This document shows, in pieces, positions 31,759 through 45,731 of a stretch of DNA of 64,000 nucleotides (position 1 is its first letter; each line of letters starts with the position of its first letter). Under the pieces are notes generated by a model that saw only the letters and a list, made by a program, of their open reading frames with translations, did no database searches and was not told the origin of the DNA. Made by a program: the position numbers and the translations under genes. Source of the DNA: Eledone cirrhosa (taxonomy: Eukaryota); the NCBI GenBank assembly GCA_964016885.1, contig OZ024762.1:19096001-19160000 (forward strand), read 5' to 3'.

Positions 31759-32754
31759 TTCTATTTCATATTGACTATTTAAATTGACTACCAGATTTAA
31801 CATAACTTACATGTGTACGGTAATTATTAGGTGTCAGAAGGGGGTAGGTAGAGGAGTGAGATATAGCAAGGGGTGGGGGCAGTATAGACAGTCAGGGAGG
31901 GGGTAGATGGGAGGCAGAAAGAGGGGGGTAGATGGAGGAGTGAGACAGCAAGTGGAAGGCAGGATAGACAGAGGGGGGGTAGATCGAGGGGGGATAGGGC
32001 AGAGAGGTGGAGATTGTGGGGGATACAGGGTAGACAGGCAGAGGAGATGGAGAGGAGGCATAGAGAGAGAGAGGGGCACAGATCAAAGTGGTAGACTCAG
32101 AGAGAGAAGGAAGGTAGACTGAGAGTGGCTGATAGTCAGAGAGAGAGGGGGAGAGTGCAAAGTGGTAGTCAGCGAGAGGAGGTAGAGAGCAAAGTGGTAA
32201 ACTCAGAAAGAGAGGGGGAAAGGGGAGAAAGCAAAGTGGTAGACTCAGAGAGAGGGAAGGGGATGAGCGGCAGAGAAAATTGATGTAATACTGTTATAAT
32301 AATAGATATATATTATTATTAAAAGTTAATAAAAAAAAATTGCTGCATGGAACAGACCAAAAATAAATATGTATGAAATATGTTTGAAAAGATAATAATA
32401 ATAATAATAATAATAGAAATGCTGATGATAATAATAATGCTAATAATATAATAACATATTAATACAATCAATCCGGAGTTAAAGCAATGAATATTTCATT
32501 GAGAAAGAAGAATATTAATATAATGTTGAGACGAAAGAATAATGAAGCAATTCTCAGTCGACAGTATCTGTGTTTTACAGTTAATATAATATATATATTT
32601 ATACATACATTTCAGTATACGTAGGGAAGCCACGTAGTTCAGTTGTTAGGGTAATCGACTCAAGATCGTAAAATTATCAAGTCGATTCCAGACACTTCGT
32701 TCTCTTCTTGAGAGCAAGACACAAGGTCGATAAAACAAATACCAGTCTAGTCAT

Positions 32755-33187
32755 TATCATCATTTTACATCCGCTTTTTCCTGCTTGCGAGGGTGGGGCG
32801 GGTTCTATTCAGCACAGCATATCTCCATTCGTCACGGTCCTTCGTCATCTCCTCTGTGAGCTTCAGCGATCTGAGGTCAGCTCTCACCACCTCCGCCCAT
32901 ATTTTTCGTTGTCTTCCTCTACTGCATCTTCTTTCTACTGAGATTTCTTGGCACTTCTTCACCCATCGGTCATCCTCCATGCACATCACATGTCCATACC
33001 ATCGCAGTCTTCTCTCCCGCACACTACAGCTTATCCCTCTTATACACAGTTTCTCTCTCAACTCATCTATGCTTGGTCGTTCACGCACATTGACATTGCA
33101 CATCCAACGTAGCTTGCTTGCTTCATTTCTCTCCAGTCGTTGAATATCCTCTGCAGTTGCTGCCCATGTCTCACTACCATGCAACAT
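32755..33187 (-). pseudogene. RTE LINE 3' end (C-terminal ORF and short 3' UTR)
   Basis: MLHGSETW...RLERNEA..LRWMCNV...VRERRLRWYGHV...RGRQRKIW.EVV..DL. Confidence 0.92.
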
Positions 33188-34012
33188 ATCCTCTAGTACT
33201 GGGCTTAATCCTTCCTCTATAACTCTTTCTCACTTCCATTCTCTTTCTTTCTCTCTCTTTCTCTCTCTATCTTTCTCTCTCTCTTTCTCTCTCTTTTTCT
33301 TTCTCTCTCTCTCTCTCTCTCTCCAGAAGAAATCTGCTGTATTCAGACCTGAAGAGCATTGGGCTCCGCCAGATTTTAAAAAATATCCTAGGAAAGTCGT
33401 ATGTCACTAAAGTGCCCCAAGGACTCCCTTGTAGGTTACCAGACTATTCCGTGCACAATATATGTACATACACTTCAATATACAGACGTAGGGAAGACAC
33501 GTGGTGTATTGGTTGGGGTGATCGGCACGCGATCGTAAAATCATCAGGTCGATTCCAGGAACTTCTTTCTGTTCTTGAGAGCAAGACACTTTATTTCCAC
33601 GCTGCTCCAGTCCATTTAGGTTTTGTTTTTCAGTTAGTTCACTTAGCTCGTAAAAATGAGGCATACCTGCACTTGAAAAGGGCCAGTCTTGTCACACAAA
33701 CACAGTGTAACGCTGAATCTCCCTGAGAACTGAACTGTGTTAAGGGTGAGAGCACGTGTCTGTGGAATACTCAGCCAATTATAAGTTAATTTCACGAGCA
33801 GAATGTTCCGTTGATCAAACAACTGGAACACTCGACGTGAGTTCGATTCCTTGCGATGCAATATATTCTTGAGCAAGACACGTTATTCAATGTTGCACCA
33901 TGCCATATACATACTAATTCTTGACATAACTGACAGCTACTAGAATAACCACAATAACAACTACAACAGCCCTAGAAAGTCCACATTTTAATTAGAAGCA
34001 ACCACCAAATAC

Positions 34013-34202
34013 TAAAGGACGATTTGTTGTGTCTTCATTATGTTTGTGTTGTGACGCGCGTTTCACTATTGATCAGCTCAAGGTCCAACCAATCTGTATC
34101 GATTCCAGAGTCGGGCTAGATCGATACGGATTGAACCTTGAACTGATCAATAGCGAAACGCGCGTCACTTCTCAAACATAATGAAGGCACAACAAATCGC
34201 TC

Positions 34203-34206
<4 letters not shown>
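34013..34206. mobile_element. Family I fold-back element with HHR-like motif
   Basis: Inverted arms ~34013-34103 and ~34119-34206; GAAA-CGCGCG-TC on both strands; relative at 47303-47420. Confidence 0.75.
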
Positions 34207-34255
<49 letters not shown>

Positions 34256-34613
34256 CTCTGCTTAGTTTACCATCTCTTTTCCAACATAACCGACCTTTTA
34301 CACGACATACACATCAGCTTTACATACATAAGAGATTAATATAACAAATAACCGAGCAGAAAATTCTAGTTTTCCAGAATGTTATTTGATTCTTAATAGC
34401 TTTTAGTGAATGGCTTCAATGTTATGTTCCTGATAGACCAGGCAGGACAGCATCGCAATCGACTTTCTATTTCCGGTTTCTAGATAATGTAATATATATA
34501 CATCACTTAGAAATGCATGTGCCTCATAAATTCTGATTCACATAAAATTTATTGCCTTCTTTTTTAACCTTCCTTCAGTAAGTAATCAATGTATGTCTTA
34601 CTTTCCAATGTAT

Positions 34614-35060
34614 TGTTTGGCCGAGAAATAGCAACTTTAAGTAACCTATGTATGTATCTTTTCCTTAAAACCCTCCATTTAAGATGAATTAGTCATCGCA
34701 GTTGTCTAGATCAGGGTGTAGCTAAAATGTTTGGCCGTGAAATAGCAACTTTAAGTAACCTATGTATGTATCTTTTCCTTAAAACCCTCCATTTAAGATG
34801 AATTAGTCATCGCAGTTGTCTAGATCAGGGTGTAGCTAAAATGTTTGGCCGTGAAATAGCAACTTTAACAAACCTGCATGAATCTTTTCCTTAAAACTTT
34901 TCAGTTAAGATGGATTAGTCATCGTAGTTATCCAGCTCAGGATGTAGCTTAAATGTTTGGCCGTGAAATAGCAACTTTAAGAATCCTGCATGTATCTTTT
35001 CCTTAAAACTTCTTAGTTAAGATGGATTAGTCATCGTAGTTATCCAGCTCAGGGTGCTTA
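34614..35060. repeat. ~114-bp tandem repeat, 4 units
   Basis: TGTTTGGCCG(A/T)GAAATAGCAACTTTAA at ~34614, 34728, 34842, 34954. Confidence 0.9.
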
Positions 35061-35502
35061 AATGCTTTATCTGAACAATTTCTGTGATTTTTGCTTCCCC
35101 ACTTCGAAAGTTAAATACTTTTTTTCCCCCAAGAGTAAACTGTATGGAATAAGCTTCGATTGTTTTCACCGTCGCAACTGGAGCCTTCCGGCCTCGACTC
35201 GACCGTGGCGATGGCAAACGCCTGATGACGAAACCCTTTCTAAGTTCGAAGGAGACAACTTTCTAGTCTGGAATGCCGTGGGCTGCAACACGTTCTTCGT
35301 TCTAACCTTGTCACTTCGGTCACAAACCTGGTCAGTGACACCCATAATGTTGGGGAGGGGTAAGGAAGATAGTCAAATACTGGGACTAGACCGGCCGCTT
35401 CATTTTTGTGCCAATCACCGTCGAGACCTCTGGTGTCCTTGGTCCCCGAAGTACCGTTTTTCTCCATAAAATTCTGAAGAGTGCATCCCGCCACAAGAAG
35501 GG

Positions 35503-36669
35503 TACTATAACTATACTATACACTACTGCTGTACTATAACTGTACTATACACTACTGCTGTACTATAACTATACTATACACTACTGCTGTACTATAACTA
35601 CTATATACTACTACTGTACTATAACTGTACTATACACTACTGCTGTACTATAACTGTACTATACTCTACTGCTGTACTATAACTGTACTATACACTACTG
35701 CTGTACTATAACTGTACTATACACTACTGCTGTACTATAACTGTACTCTACACTACTTCTGTACTATAACTGTACTATACACTACTGCTGTACTATAACT
35801 GTACTATACACTACTGCTGTACTATAACTATACTATACACTACTGCTGTACTATAACTGTACTCTACACTACTTCTGTACTATAACTATACTATACACTA
35901 GTGCTGTACTATAACTATACTATACACTAGTGCTGTACTATAACTGTACTACACACTACTGCTGTACTATACACTACTGCTGTACTCTAACTATACTATA
36001 CACTACTTCTGTACTATACACTACTTCTGTACTATAACTGTACTATACACTACTGCTGTACTATAACTATACTATACACTACTGCTGTACTATAACTATA
36101 CTATACACTACTTCTGTACTATAACTATACTATACACTACTGCTGTACTATAACTGTACTATACACTACTGCTGTACTATAACTATACTATACACTACTG
36201 CTGTACTATAACTATACTATACACTACTGCTGTACTATAACTATACTATACTATACACTACTGCTGTACTATAACTGTACTCTACAGTACTTCTGTACTA
36301 TAACTGTACTCTACACTACTGCTGTACTATAACTATACTATACACTACTGCTGTACTATAACTATACTATACTATACACTACTGTTGTACTATAACTGTA
36401 CTCTACACTACTTATGTACTATAACTATACTATACACTACTGCTGTACTATAACTATACTATACTATACACTACTGCTGTACTATAACTGTACTATACAC
36501 TACTGCTGTACTATAACTATACTATACACTACTGCTGTACTATAACTATACTATACTATACACTACTGCTGTACTATAACTGTACTCTACACTACTTATG
36601 TACTATAACTGTACTCTACACTACTTCTGTACTATAACTGTACTCTACACTACTTCTGTACTATAACTG
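35503..36669. repeat. 29-bp minisatellite (~40 units)
   Basis: Unit GTACTATAACT(G/A)TACTATACACTACTGCT with internal 5-bp slippage variants. Confidence 0.95.
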
Positions 36670-37170
36670 GTGGTGGTGTTGCCGTTGTTGTCGTCGTTGT
36701 AGTTTTGTTGTTGTTGCTGTTGTTTCTATTGTCATCTTTAATGTTATTGTTGTCGTCTCTGTTGATACTGTTGTTGCTGTTGTCGTTGTAATGTAGTTGT
36801 TATTGTCATCACTAATGTTATTACTGCTGCTGTTGTTGTTGTTGCTGTTGTAGTGTTGTTTCTATTGTATTTAATAAACAATATTCGCTAGGAATGATTT
36901 GAAATTAAAACTGACACCTGCTCTACATTAACAATGTGGATACCCAGGTGTTAACATTTCTTGTTTTTAAATTTTATTTAAATTTAAAAAAAAATTGTTT
37001 TTTTTATTTACTTTTATATTAATTTTATTAGTTTCTAGAAATGTTTTGTTTTTCCGGGGATTTTTTTGTTTTCCTTTTCTTGTTCGAGATTTTTTTTTTC
37101 CTCCGAAAATATTCCTTGCTAGAATCTATTACACATATTTATATAATGACTATATTAATAATGATAATAA

Positions 37171-37362
37171 TAATTGTTTCTACTTTTGGCACAAGGCCAG
37201 CAAATAACCCAGTGCATTACTGGTACTTTATTTTATCGACCCCGTAATGATGAAAGGCGAAGTTAACCTCGGCGGGATTTGAACTCAGACCATAAAGGGC
37301 TGTAACTCTATGCTGCAAAGTATGGCATCCGACCTTCTACCGATACTACCAATTCACCGCCT
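37171..37362 (-). mobile_element. S1 SINE, near full length
   Basis: S1 motifs on minus. Confidence 0.85.
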
Positions 37363-37732
37363 TTATAATAATAAATTATAATTCGTTCTTTATTGACCAC
37401 AAGGGCCTACATATAGGAGACAATACAAAGACAGGGACAGTGGGGGGGGGGTTACAAAATATCGAGTAAACAGTCTATAAAACAATAACTATGAACAATA
37501 AAATTTCAGCAATATAAATTCCCCAATAGGGAAGCTCGCATATCTGATGAGATGTCGAAAAAGAGTCTGGGCCTCGTCAATTTGATTTTACCCTGAGCTG
37601 ATCGATATCTAAACAATTGTAATATGTAAATAAAGTTAGTACATATGCTGCAACACTGACTTTGACTCTTTTAACCCCGCCACCCCCCTCTCTCTTTCTC
37701 TCTCTCTCTTTATTTCTTTCTCTCTTTCTTTC

Positions 37733-37801
<69 letters not shown>

Positions 37802-37892
37802 AGTAAAAGAGTGAAGAATAACGTTGTCGGCTGTACATTAGGGTTTATTTAAAGTATTATATATATATTGAAAATTCTGCTTCGTAGAATCG

Positions 37893-37989
37893 AGACGTAT
37901 CTGAAGACCTTGCGATTTCAGATTCAGGTTCGATCATTACATCAATCGTACCTCGAGCTGGTCGCCAGAGAAACGATTGTAATATGTCT
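37893..37989 (+). ncRNA. Type I hammerhead ribozyme with extended ~62-nt stem II
   Basis: AGACGTAT-CTGAAGA-long hairpin (GCGAT/GTCGC, AGGT/ACCT, CGAT/ATCG)-GAAA-CGATTG-TA-ATATGTCT, then AATAAA; between TA runs. Confidence 0.82.
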
Positions 37990-38350
37990 AATAAATGTTA
38001 TTCCCCGTTTCTTATGTGATATATATATATATAGGCAGGCATGGAGACAGGCATAGAGGCAGACAGACAGGCAGGCCGCCATTCAAAAACTATTATATTC
38101 ATTATTATATTTATTATTTTTGGTGTCAGAATCTTCGCTGTGACCCACAGTTCTCAGATGTATGTATGAATATATGTACATTTGTCGGTATCTATGTATG
38201 AATATATGTACATTTGTCGGTATCTATGCACAAGTTATATATATTTATATATATATATATATACGTATGTCCCGGGTTGAGTCGGGGATAACCACAGTAA
38301 GTAAGGTACTCAATACATGGCAGAGTAAACATTTTTTATTTTATAGAAGG

Positions 38351-38401
38351 AGCTTCTACAGGACTAGTACTGTTTCATTCAGATGAAATCTTCAGGAAGC
38401 T
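38351..38401 (-). ncRNA. Mirror-image type I hammerhead ribozyme (family A)
   Basis: Exact reverse complement of 38534-38584. Confidence 0.87.
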
Positions 38402-38533
38402 GGGTGTCATATTAAGTTCTGGTATTTATGCATTAAATACCATCCTACCCCAAAAAAATCCCCCCCTCCCCAGCCACCACCCCTCCCTTACCACTACCTA
38501 AATGTATAAATACCAGAACTTAATATGACACCC

Positions 38534-38584
38534 AGCTTCCTGAAGATTTCATCTGAATGAAACAGTACTAGTCCTGTAGAAGCT
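38534..38584 (+). ncRNA. Type I hammerhead ribozyme (family A)
   Basis: AGCTTC-CTGAAGA-tTTC atct GAAt-GAAACAG tactagtc CTGTA-GAAGCT. Confidence 0.87.
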
Positions 38585-38600
38585 CCTTCTATAAAATAAA

Positions 38601-38647
<47 letters not shown>

Positions 38648-38768
38648 ATTTATGTATATTTCATTGTGTGTGTGTTTATATAAATATATATATATATATA
38701 TTTGTATATGTCTATATTTGATTGTGTGTATATATATATATATATATTTGTATATATGTATATTTGAT

Positions 38769-38816
<48 letters not shown>

Positions 38817-39617
38817 ATCAAATATACATATATACAAATATATATATATATATATATATAGTGTGCAATGAATACTTTATGTACCACACTAAGTATTTTT
38901 CTGGGCATTATGTGTTTATGTCCATATATGGATGTCGTTTAGTAATGGACGAGAATGACAATATACCGTTCTAGAACGATATATACACACACACACACAT
39001 GCACACACGCACACACGCACATACGCACACGCTCACGCACACACACACACGCTCACGCGCACGCACACACAAACGTATCGACATACACACACATTCTACT
39101 TCAATTCATAATGTATTTTCACTTTAGTTTCACTTTCACTTTAGTTTCACTTTTGTGTTCTTACCTGCTTTTATATATTTATTTTTATTTATTTTTATTT
39201 ATTTTTATTTTTATATTTTATTTTTATTTTTATTTTTATTTTTATTTTTATTTTTATTTTTATTTTTATTTTTATTTTTATTTTTATTTTTATTTTTATT
39301 TTTATTTTTATTTTTGTTTTATTTTTATTTTTATTTTTATTTTTATTTATTTTTTATTTATTTTTATTTACTTATGTTATATTTGTTTTGTTTTGTTGTT
39401 TTTTTTGTTAAGTCTCAGAAAGTGTCATGTTGGCTCGGGACCAAAACCTGGTCGTTAAAAACAGGGCTAGTATATGGAAAGATGGCAATAAAATGATGAT
39501 AGTCGTGGTGGTGGTGGTGGTGGTGGTGAGGGCTATGAGGTGATGGTGATGATTGTGAGGATGATAATATATGTATATATATATATAATATATATATATA
39601 TAGGAAATGTATATATG

Positions 39618-39648
<31 letters not shown>

Positions 39649-39650
<2 letters not shown>

Positions 39651-39735
39651 GAAAATGTATGACCCCGACGGCAGAGCTCAAGCCGTATCGACAGCTATTT
39701 CTGGACTATATATTCCTTACCAGAACTCCTTCGTT
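39649..39735. mobile_element. Family B element: inverted internal arm joined to the terminal tail piece
   Basis: AGGAAAATGTATGACCCCGACGGC...TCTGGACT, then TTCCTTACCAGAACTCCTTCGTTA. Confidence 0.75.
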
Positions 39736-40202
39736 ATATATATTGTATGCGTGTATATATATATGTATATTGTGTGTATGCGTGTATATATATATGTATA
39801 TTGTGTGTATGCGTGTATATATATATGTATATTGTGTGTATGCGTGTATATATATATGTATATTGTGTGTATGCGTGTATATATATATATGTATATTGTG
39901 TGTATGTGTATGTATATATATATTGTATGCGTGTATATATATATATGTATATTGTATGTATGTGTATGTATATATATATTGTATGCGTGTATATATATAT
40001 GTATATTGTGTGTATGTATGTATATATGTATATTGTGTGTATGTATGTATATATATATATATATTGTATGCGTGTATATGTATAATGTGTGTATGTATGT
40101 GTATACTCTCTTACTCTTTTACCTGTTTCAGCCATCCGGCTGAGGCCATGCTGGGGCACCGCCCTTGTATGTATGTATATATATATGTATATTTTGTGTA
40201 TG

Positions 40203-40234
<32 letters not shown>

Positions 40235-41711
40235 TATATGTATATATTGTATGCGTGTATGTGTATATATATATGTATATTGTGTGTATGTATGTGTATG
40301 TATATATATATATGTATATATTGTATGCGTGTATGTGTATATATATATGTATATTGTGTGTATGTATGCGTATATATATATATATATATAGTATGCGTTT
40401 GTATGTATATGTCTATTCTGTGTATGTATGTGTATATATATATATACATACATATATATTGTGTATATATGTGTGTATATATATATATATATATAGATAC
40501 ATATATATATTGTGTGTATGTGTGTGTACGCATATATATATGTATATATATACATCGTGTGTGTTTGTATGTGTCAAGTACTTATTTAGTCGTCTATACA
40601 CTCGCCTTAAATGATTGCTTACCTAATCTCAGTAGTAGTGGTAGTAGTGGTGGTAATAGTAGTTGTGGTGGTGGTAGTAGTAGTAGTAGTAATAGTAGTT
40701 TGTGCTGTTGTTGTTGCTGTGGTAGCAACGGTAGCAGAAGCCAAATCCTCTCGGAATCACATCTAATCCCATTGAATAGAGAAGGACATTTTGAAGAACG
40801 TACACCCCTAAGAGAAGGCTGGAATACATTAAATCATAAATCTGCTTGGTCAGATTTCAGCTGGACTTAAACAACAATGGCCTCTGTATATCATATGTAT
40901 TTATATATTTCCTGTGTTGCACAGTGGGATCTCTGCCGGTTAAGGTGATTGTCTCACAACCGTGTGTTCGTTTACGGAAGCACGTTGTGTCCTTGAGCAA
41001 GACACTTCACTTACCTTATTTCCCGTTGCTCCAACCAGTCCTTTCATTGAACCCCCCCCCCACACACACACACACGAGATTTACGTTAAGGGGTACACGT
41101 GCCTATGGCATGATACTCAGCTTCTCTTTTATTTAAATTTCACGTGCAGGCTGTTTTCGCGATCAAACAACTGGAGACACTTTCATTTAGTTTCCATTGC
41201 TCCAATCAGTCCCCTCATTGAAACCCCCACCAGGATTAATTTAAGGGGTGCACGTGCCTATGGCATGATGTGCAGCTTTTCTTCTACTTAAATTTCATGA
41301 GCAGGTTTTCTTGATCAAAGAATTGCATCACTCGTCGTCAAAGCTGAAGATCCAAATGTTTCTTCTATCGACCAACTTCCGCGCACCAGGAATTGGTAAA
41401 CCAGACGGTATAATAAAGGACGTGGTGCCAGGCAGTGGAGGACTGAACAGAGAACAATGTGGTTGAGAAACGAACTCCAGAAGCACCCAACCAAGCCTGT
41501 AGCACAAAATATAGAATTTATAATGTTTTGTTTTGAGTAAATAAATTTGCGCGAAGTATTTGAGAAACTTTGAATTTGAATGAAATGAAAAAGACTTTAG
41601 AAATAGAAGTTGTTTTTTTTAAATAATAAAATAATGTGTATTTAATAATGAAATTTATAATAGAAAAAAAATTAAGAAATTAAAAGAAAACACTGCATCG
41701 ATTTCTTTTTA

Positions 41712-41748
<37 letters not shown>

Positions 41749-42535
41749 GTGTGTGTGTGTGTTGTGTGTGTTGTGTGTCTGTATATAACAACTATTGACC
41801 TCCTAATATTTAAATGTATTTTTCTTCCAGTATTATATTTCAGTATCTGTTTATTTTTTTTTTTTTTTTTCTAATTTTATTTCTTTGTCAATATATAAAA
41901 TTGGAACGCTACAGAGACAAATATGTTTTTAGTTTCGTATCTTTTTTATTTTTATTTTTTTCCATTTTATTTTTTTAGTTCCAGATAATTTTCAGTAATA
42001 AGATAAAAAAAAATATGTAGAACACATTTTCGGAAATTGTGTATTATTATTATTAGTAGTAGTAGTAGTAAGTAGTAGAAGTAGTAGTAGTATCATTTTC
42101 TGAAGAATGTTGAAATTTATTTTTCTTCATTCATTATATTGACAGGATAAATTGTTTTCATTATATTTTCATGGATACTTTTTCTTTTTTCTTTTCTTTT
42201 TTTTTTTGTCTTCTCTTCATCTTTTTTTTCTTTTTCGTCTTCTCTTCATCTCTTTTTCTTTTTCTTCTCCCAGCCATTGAAGTAAATTTCTCTTTCTCCA
42301 ATTGAACACAGTGTACATTGTATGTGTGGCAAGACGTGGAAGTGCTGGAATTAATCAGGTGAACGTAGAGTAAATTGTATGAATTTTCACCCACGTCTGG
42401 CCAACACATATAACAACATATACCTCACCCTCATGGCTACTTCCGCCTTCTTCTTCCTCGTCTAGCTACACATACAGCCAATGTACATCACCTTCATCGG
42501 GATACTTCCGCCTCACACGATTCTGTAACGTCGCA

Positions 42536-42609
<74 letters not shown>

Positions 42610-42688
42610 GTATATATATACATTATATATATATATATATATATACATTATATATATATATATATATATATATATAATGTATATATAT

Positions 42689-43016
42689 AACGAAGGAAGT
42701 GTGGTAAGGAACCAGATGGACCATAACGCTCCAGAGTACTCAATACTTAGGGTAGTAGAGTGGGTAATAGGAAAAAGTATGACTCCGAAACGTCAAAACG
42801 GCTTGAGCTCTGCCGTCGGGGTCATACTTTTTCCTATATATCTATCTATATATATATAAATATATATATATGTTTATCCCGGGTTCAATCGGGGGTAACC
42901 ACAGTAAGTAAGGTACTCAATACATAGCAGAGTATAAATATTAAATATATAATATAGAAATGGGTTTTACAGGACTAGAACTGTTTCATTCTAGTCCTGT
43001 AGAAGCCATTTCAATA
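42689..43016. mobile_element. Adjacent family B (42689-42835) and family A (42872-43016) short fold-backs
   Basis: Family tails plus short inverted arms, (TA)n flanks. Confidence 0.8.
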
Positions 43017-43049
43017 TCATATATATATATATATATATATTTAATAGTT

Positions 43050-43333
43050 GTGAAAAGGTGGAAGGTTATATCCAAAGTGCATTATGATCAGAAACAGGAC
43101 CCGGGAAAGCAGGGGCTGGACCTATATCAACAGGTATACCATATAGTGTGGTTCCCTGAGGAACAGGAACCCCTGGTGCAGTTAGTTGCGAAATCCATCA
43201 TCTTTTCAAATAGCTACAAATACGGGGGAATCAGTAGACAGGACCTGGGAGCAGCGATGGGGGACAGGGAATTCTGGGGCATGAGAGTGAGATCCGTCAT
43301 CTCGACAGTAGTCGACGAATGATGATGATGATG
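43050..43333 (+). mobile_element. RTE-type LINE 3' end with (TGA)n tail
   Basis: ...GISRQDLGAAMGDREFWGMRVRSVIST...*, then (TGA)4. Confidence 0.65.
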
Positions 43334-43418
43334 TCCAAAGTTAGTAGAGCACTCAGTCGACAGGAGGAGTTCGGTATAGAGTTAACTCATACCTGAAAAC
43401 ACGTGGTTCACCCGAAAG

Positions 43419-43457
<39 letters not shown>

Positions 43458-44360
43458 ATGCGTATATATGTATGTGTGTATGTATGTGTATGTATATATA
43501 TATGTATATTGTGTGTATGTATGTGTATGTATATATATATATATGTATATTGTGTGTATGTATGTGTATGTATATATATATATGTATATTGTGTGTATGT
43601 ATGTGTATGTATATATATATATGTATATTGTGTGTATGTATGTGTATGTATATATATATATATGTATATTGTGTGTATGTATGTGTATGTATATATATGT
43701 ATATTATGTATGTGTATGTATATATATATATGTATATTGTGTGTATGTATGTGTATATATATATATATGTATATTGTGTGTATGTATGTATATATATATA
43801 TGTATATTTTGTGTATGTATGTGTATGTATATATATATATGTATGTGTGTATGTATGTGTATGTATATATATATATGTATATTGTGTGTATGTATGTGTA
43901 TGTATATATATATTGTATGCGTGTATGTGTATATATATGTATATTGTGTGTATGTATGCGTATGTATATATATATATATTGTATGCGTTTGTATATATAT
44001 ATAACTAGGAATTGATCAACATATATATAAATAAATATAAACATGAAAAATCACAGGAGATAATTTTTACAAGCGTGTAACCACGCATGGCTAGTAGGTA
44101 AGTAGGTAACAAAAATAAATAAAGTTAACTAGAACTTCAAAAATATATACCTTTTAATGATTAATCTTCCCTGTATATATTTCATTAAAGAAATATATTT
44201 CACCAATTAATCAGATGGTAAGTCACGGAAAGTGGATATTATTGGATTATCAACAAGGAAGAACAATATCAAGCGATCCATGTTTACACTTATATATATA
44301 TATATATTACATTATATATATATATATATATATATATAATGTGTGTGTGTGTGTGTGTGT

Positions 44361-44550
44361 GAGTCCCGAGGTCAATTAGGGGGTAACCCTAGTTAGTAAA
44401 GTACTCAATATATTAGTACAGTGTAAACTTCATCTTTAATATAGCAATGGCTTCTAGAGGACCATAACTGTTTTATTCAAAATAATTCATCATGATTTCT
44501 ATTGAATTAAATAGTTTTAGTCCCGTAGAAACCATTTCTATATTAAACAT
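44361..44550. mobile_element. Old, diverged family A fold-back
   Basis: GGGGTAACC..AGTAAAGTACTCAATA tail and decayed inverted arms. Confidence 0.7.
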
Positions 44551-45532
44551 GGAAAATATGTATATATATACACACATATATACACACATATATATATATA
44601 TACACTGCGTTTGAACGGACAAAAATATACTTCAATTACAAGATTAAAAAATGTCTTACATAACATAAATTAGATGGGGTTGGAGTGAGGATGAGAATAT
44701 CAGTTAAATCATCACCAGTAGTTAACTGGTACATTATTTTATCGACCCTTCGCAGTGGATTTGCTGTATCAGATGCCATGCTTTGCAGCATAGAGTTATG
44801 GCCGTTTACGTTCTGAGTTCAAATCCAATCGAGGTTAGGCTTTGCCTGTCATCCGTACGGGATCGATAAAATAAAGTACCAGTAATGCACTGAGTTGATT
44901 GCTGACCTTGTGCCAAACGTAGAAACAATAATTTTATCGACCCTTGAAAGATGAATAACAAAGTTAACAGGAAGAAAAGCTGAAAGGCACCTGCGAGAAA
45001 TCGAACCCTACGTCTCTTGGATGCCAAGCGAGAACGTTCAGCCATCACGCTAAAGATTTCTATAGCCTGTTCATGAAAATATAATGAAAATTTATTCTGT
45101 AAATATAATAAACTTGGTAAAATATAAAATACTCGATGTCTCTTAAGACAAAAGAACAAGAATAAAGGAATTTAAGAAGAAAAAAATTACAATTTTATCA
45201 AATGTGTACTAAATTCTTTTACACAAAATTATCTTTAACCGGAAAGAGAAAATATAGAAAAATTACAGAAAAGAAATACGAAGCTAAAAGCATTCGACTT
45301 TGTGTCGTTCCAATTTTATATATTGACACAAAAGAAAGCGAATCAGATATTGAAATACTTGTTAAAAACGACATAATACATTTAAACATATGGAGGTCAG
45401 TGGTTTTATATATATATATATATATATATAAATGGGCATGTATCTATATGCTTATACCTGTATATATAAAAATGTGTATGTATGTATATGCTTATGTGTG
45501 AATATATATAAATGCGAATGTATGTATACGCT

Positions 45533-45603
<71 letters not shown>

Positions 45604-45682
45604 ATGTATCTATATGCTTATGTATTTATATATAAATGTGTATATATGTATATGCTTGTGTGTGTGTGTGTGTGTATATATA

Positions 45683-45695
45683 TACATATGTACAG

Positions 45696-45731
<36 letters not shown>

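Larger units (their letters stand above)
38264..38604. mobile_element. Family A fold-back with two complete HHRs
   Basis: Arms 38331-38434 and 38501-38604, 66-nt spacer, tail 38264-38330. Confidence 0.92.

Noticed and set aside
30498-31803. Gly/Val/Trp-rich or His/Thr/Pro-rich 340-410 aa ORFs
   Set aside because: (GGT)n low-complexity tract open in all frames.
35222-35245. CTGATGA-C-GAAAC minimal hammerhead core
   Set aside because: No stem III partner, NUH or stem I complement found.
37544-37570. CTGATGA-GATGTC-GAAA motif
   Set aside because: Stems I and III do not pair.
44985-45055. Possible tRNA gene on the minus strand (GGTTCGATTTC)
   Set aside because: Cloverleaf incomplete; more likely a SINE head or tRNA pseudogene.
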